Positions 5,024 through 6,623 of a stretch of DNA of 6,623 nt are shown in pieces. The stretch is taken from the NCBI GenBank assembly GCA_045539715.1, contig JAZQFV010000034.1, forward strand, positions 1 to 6,623, read 5' to 3'. This DNA comes from Ruminococcus sp. GTDB lineage: Bacteria; Bacillota; Clostridia; Oscillospirales; Ruminococcaceae. Under the pieces are notes generated by a model. It had not been told where the DNA came from, searched no databases, and was given only the letters and a program-made list of their open reading frames with translations. Numbering within the stretch: the first letter of the stretch is position 1; every line of letters starts with the position of its first letter. The translations under genes were made by a program, and so were the position numbers.

Positions 5024-5068
5024 ATGGCATTCAAGAGGTCAGCGGTTCGATCCCGCTTATCTCCACCA
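5024..5068 (+). repeat. attR core (non-functional duplicate of the tRNA 3' half)
   Basis: Identical (45/45) to 100..144. No matching tRNA 5' half lies upstream. A perfect 7-bp hairpin GACTGCC-ATC-GGCAGTC (5006..5022) abuts it on the element side. Confidence 0.88.
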
Positions 5069-5073
5069 TCGAA

Positions 5074-5114
5074 AAACACCGTGAAACCAAGGGTTTCACG
5101 GTGTTTTCTTTTTG
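5074..5114 (+). terminator. probable original tRNA-Ala terminator, displaced by the insertion
   Basis: AAACACCGTGAAACC (5074..5088) pairs perfectly with GGTTTCACGGTGTTT (5092..5106). TCTTTTTGT follows. It begins 6 nt after the CCA of attR. Confidence 0.75.
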
Positions 5115-5408
5115 TAGGACGAAAACCACGTGCTATGCGCGTGGTTCCAAATAGGCTTTACCTTTGAACGGAAAACGATTTAAGGCAGAAGCTACGGTAG
5201 AAAAGTGTTATAGAAGTATTCACTTATGAGGGGGATCTGTGGATTACAGAAGGCTCGATGAGCCGTAAAAGGCTGCACCCCACCGCCAATAAAATTGGCA
5301 GCGGGGCACAGATGCAATAGAAATGAAATTCAGGAGCCTTAAGGCTCTGCCAGTAAGAGACCCTTACAGGGGCAGAGCATGCCACCCGTTTTACGGGTGG
5401 TCATGACT

Positions 5409-6224
5409 TTATTGCCAATTTCGTTTCAAAACTTCACTTTTAAGGTAGAGCGTATTCTTTCCAGATGACTTAATTGGATGAAGTTTTCCTGTTTTTGTCA
5501 AATAGTCAATATTCTGTCTGCTGCAGCCCAGGATTTCTGCGGCTTCGGCCACATTCACAACCCGGTGCACAACGAAATTCTGAAAGTCAGAAACCGTCAG
5601 AGGAACTTTTGTGCCGGTACGATACAAGGTGGCCGCACTAACGCTAATATTGACATCCCATTCGATACCGTGTCCTCCCGGTTGAAGATTTATGGCATAA
5701 AAGAAATCTTCATTTTTGAACAGCACTTGAAAAGAAGGCGCATTTTTATAGCGATCCCAAATGCTGCATTTCTTTACGCTTCCATCTCGGAAGAAAACTA
5801 AAAGCGCAAAATCATTTAACGGAATCACATCTTCGATTAGTCTGTCAAAGCGTCGGCGAATTTTCTCCGGGAGCTGTGATTCTTCAATGGGTACAAGATA
5901 GTAGTCATCTTGCGCACATCGTCCCATGGACAGCATCAGCAAGTCAAACTCATCGTATTCCTTCAGATTGTTGTCTTTCAGAACTTGACCAAGATTCTGG
6001 CGATCCGTCGGAACAATACGCTGCTGCACCCATATCTTACTCCAATAGGAATTGATCGACGTTTCACCCTTCTTAATAAAAGACGAAAGGAGCAAAGGTG
6101 TTTCCCATGGATCAGCATTTTCAGGAAGCTCGATATAGAATCTTTTTTCTACTTCGTAATATAGCAAGTAAGCAAGATCAATCTGATCAATAACCGATTC
6201 ATCTCGAATTGCAAAGATCTTCAT
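5409..6224 (-). CDS. 271-aa protein with a C-terminal excisionase/MerR-type HTH and an unrecognised N-terminal region
   Basis: I prefer the ATG at 6224, 7 nt after AGGTGG, to the track's GTG at 6230. The C-terminal segment VNVAEAAEILGCSRQNIDYLTKTGKLHPIKSSGKNTLYLKSEVLKR looks like an HTH_17-type domain. It overlaps the upstream kinase-like gene by 26 nt. Stop is TAA. Confidence 0.65.
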   Translation of the reverse strand: MKIFAIRDESVIDQIDLAYLLYYEVEKRFYIELPENADPWETPLLLSSFIKKGETSINSYWSKIWVQQRIVPTDRQNLGQVLKDNNLKEYDEFDLLMLSMGRCAQDDYYLVPIEESQLPEKIRRRFDRLIEDVIPLNDFALLVFFRDGSVKKCSIWDRYKNAPSFQVLFKNEDFFYAINLQPGGHGIEWDVNISVSAATLYRTGTKVPLTVSDFQNFVVHRVVNVAEAAEILGCSRQNIDYLTKTGKLHPIKSSGKNTLYLKSEVLKRNWQ

Positions 6225-6623
6225 ATGCACACCACCTTTTCCAGATCATCTCCCAGATCTTATTCTGTAGGACCTGAGAGATGATGCCATCCAAACCGTG
6301 CATCAAAACTGCCCTATCCGTTTCTTTCAGAACATTCAACTTAGGAAGCTTGTCTTTTGGAATCAATTTCAGGTTTTCCCACGTAGAGCCGGAGCCGATG
6401 TAATTGTTTACACGCTTGTCGGCCAGAACATCGTATTTCTCTGCGGCAGCATCATCCATGCAGTTAAACAGCAGAGAAAGGCCATGATCGAAGAGCGGTG
6501 CTAAGTGGATTGTCTTTTTGCGGCTATTGCGCAGCACCTCGATATTGGCACCGTGACGATCACGATTCAGAATCAGGAAATCTACTACCAGCATCTGGTA
6601 GATGTATTCTTCCCAACCATTGC
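6199..6623 (-). CDS. HipA-like Ser/Thr kinase, C-terminal part (5' end beyond the window)
   Basis: The frame stays open to the window edge (..NGWEEYIYQMLVVDF..). LILNRDRHGANIEVL matches the HipA-type catalytic loop D-x-H-x-x-N, and LAPLFDHGLSL matches the downstream Mg-binding Asp segment. Stop is TGA at 6199..6201. Confidence 0.6.
   Translation of the reverse strand, partial: NGWEEYIYQMLVVDFLILNRDRHGANIEVLRNSRKKTIHLAPLFDHGLSLLFNCMDDAAAEKYDVLADKRVNNYIGSGSTWENLKLIPKDKLPKLNVLKETDRAVLMHGLDGIISQVLQNKIWEMIWKRWCAYEDLCNSR

Noticed and set aside
5024-5068. A second tRNA gene
   Set aside because: Only the 3' half is present (anticodon loop to CCA). No acceptor or D-arm sequence lies upstream, so it is an att duplicate.
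4862-5167. Plus-strand 101-aa ORF
   Set aside because: It runs through the attR tRNA fragment and the native terminator, so it is non-coding by context.
911-6504. Antisense track ORFs 911..1111, 2261..2443, 2699..2884, 3761..4015, 4363..4557, 4588..4902, 4772..4972, 5478..5801, 5910..6164 and 6298..6504
   Set aside because: Each lies opposite a better-supported gene or regulatory region, lacks an RBS and shows no recognisable motif.

Overview
The window looks like low-GC Gram-positive (Clostridia-like) chromosome; that guess rests only on the strong GGAGG ribosome-binding sites and the gene content. An intact tRNA-Ala(GGC) gene (69..144) carries a ~4.9 kb integrative element in its 3' half. 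The element is bounded by a perfect 45-bp direct repeat, attL at 100..144 and attR at 5024..5068. On the plus strand it encodes a tyrosine integrase, a three-gene operon (71-aa protein, small HTH protein, glycine-zipper membrane protein) and a small serine recombinase preceded by an array of 9-bp repeats. On the minus strand it carries a four-gene operon missing from the supplied ORF track: a coiled-coil protein, a winged-helix replication-initiator-like protein, a 61-aa protein and a GIY-YIG nuclease. The track misses these genes because they contain six in-frame TAG codons. Reading TAG as sense gives complete proteins, each with an SD-like site upstream (the last, a TTG start, overlaps its predecessor by 11 nt). 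There are no frameshifts and no in-frame TAA or TGA, and every gene ends in TAA or TGA. The conserved GIY-YIG Arg, Glu and Asn motifs lie downstream of the first TAG and stay in frame. I read this as candidate TAG recoding (probably to Gln) confined to the replication/nuclease module. The element itself carries no suppressor tRNA or release-factor gene, so decoding may depend on a factor supplied in trans. Right of attR, on host DNA, are the native tRNA terminator, a hairpin-dense spacer and a minus-strand gene pair. That pair is a HipA-like kinase (5' end outside the window) overlapping a 271-aa protein with a C-terminal excisionase-type HTH. All functional calls come from motif recognition by eye; no database search was run.
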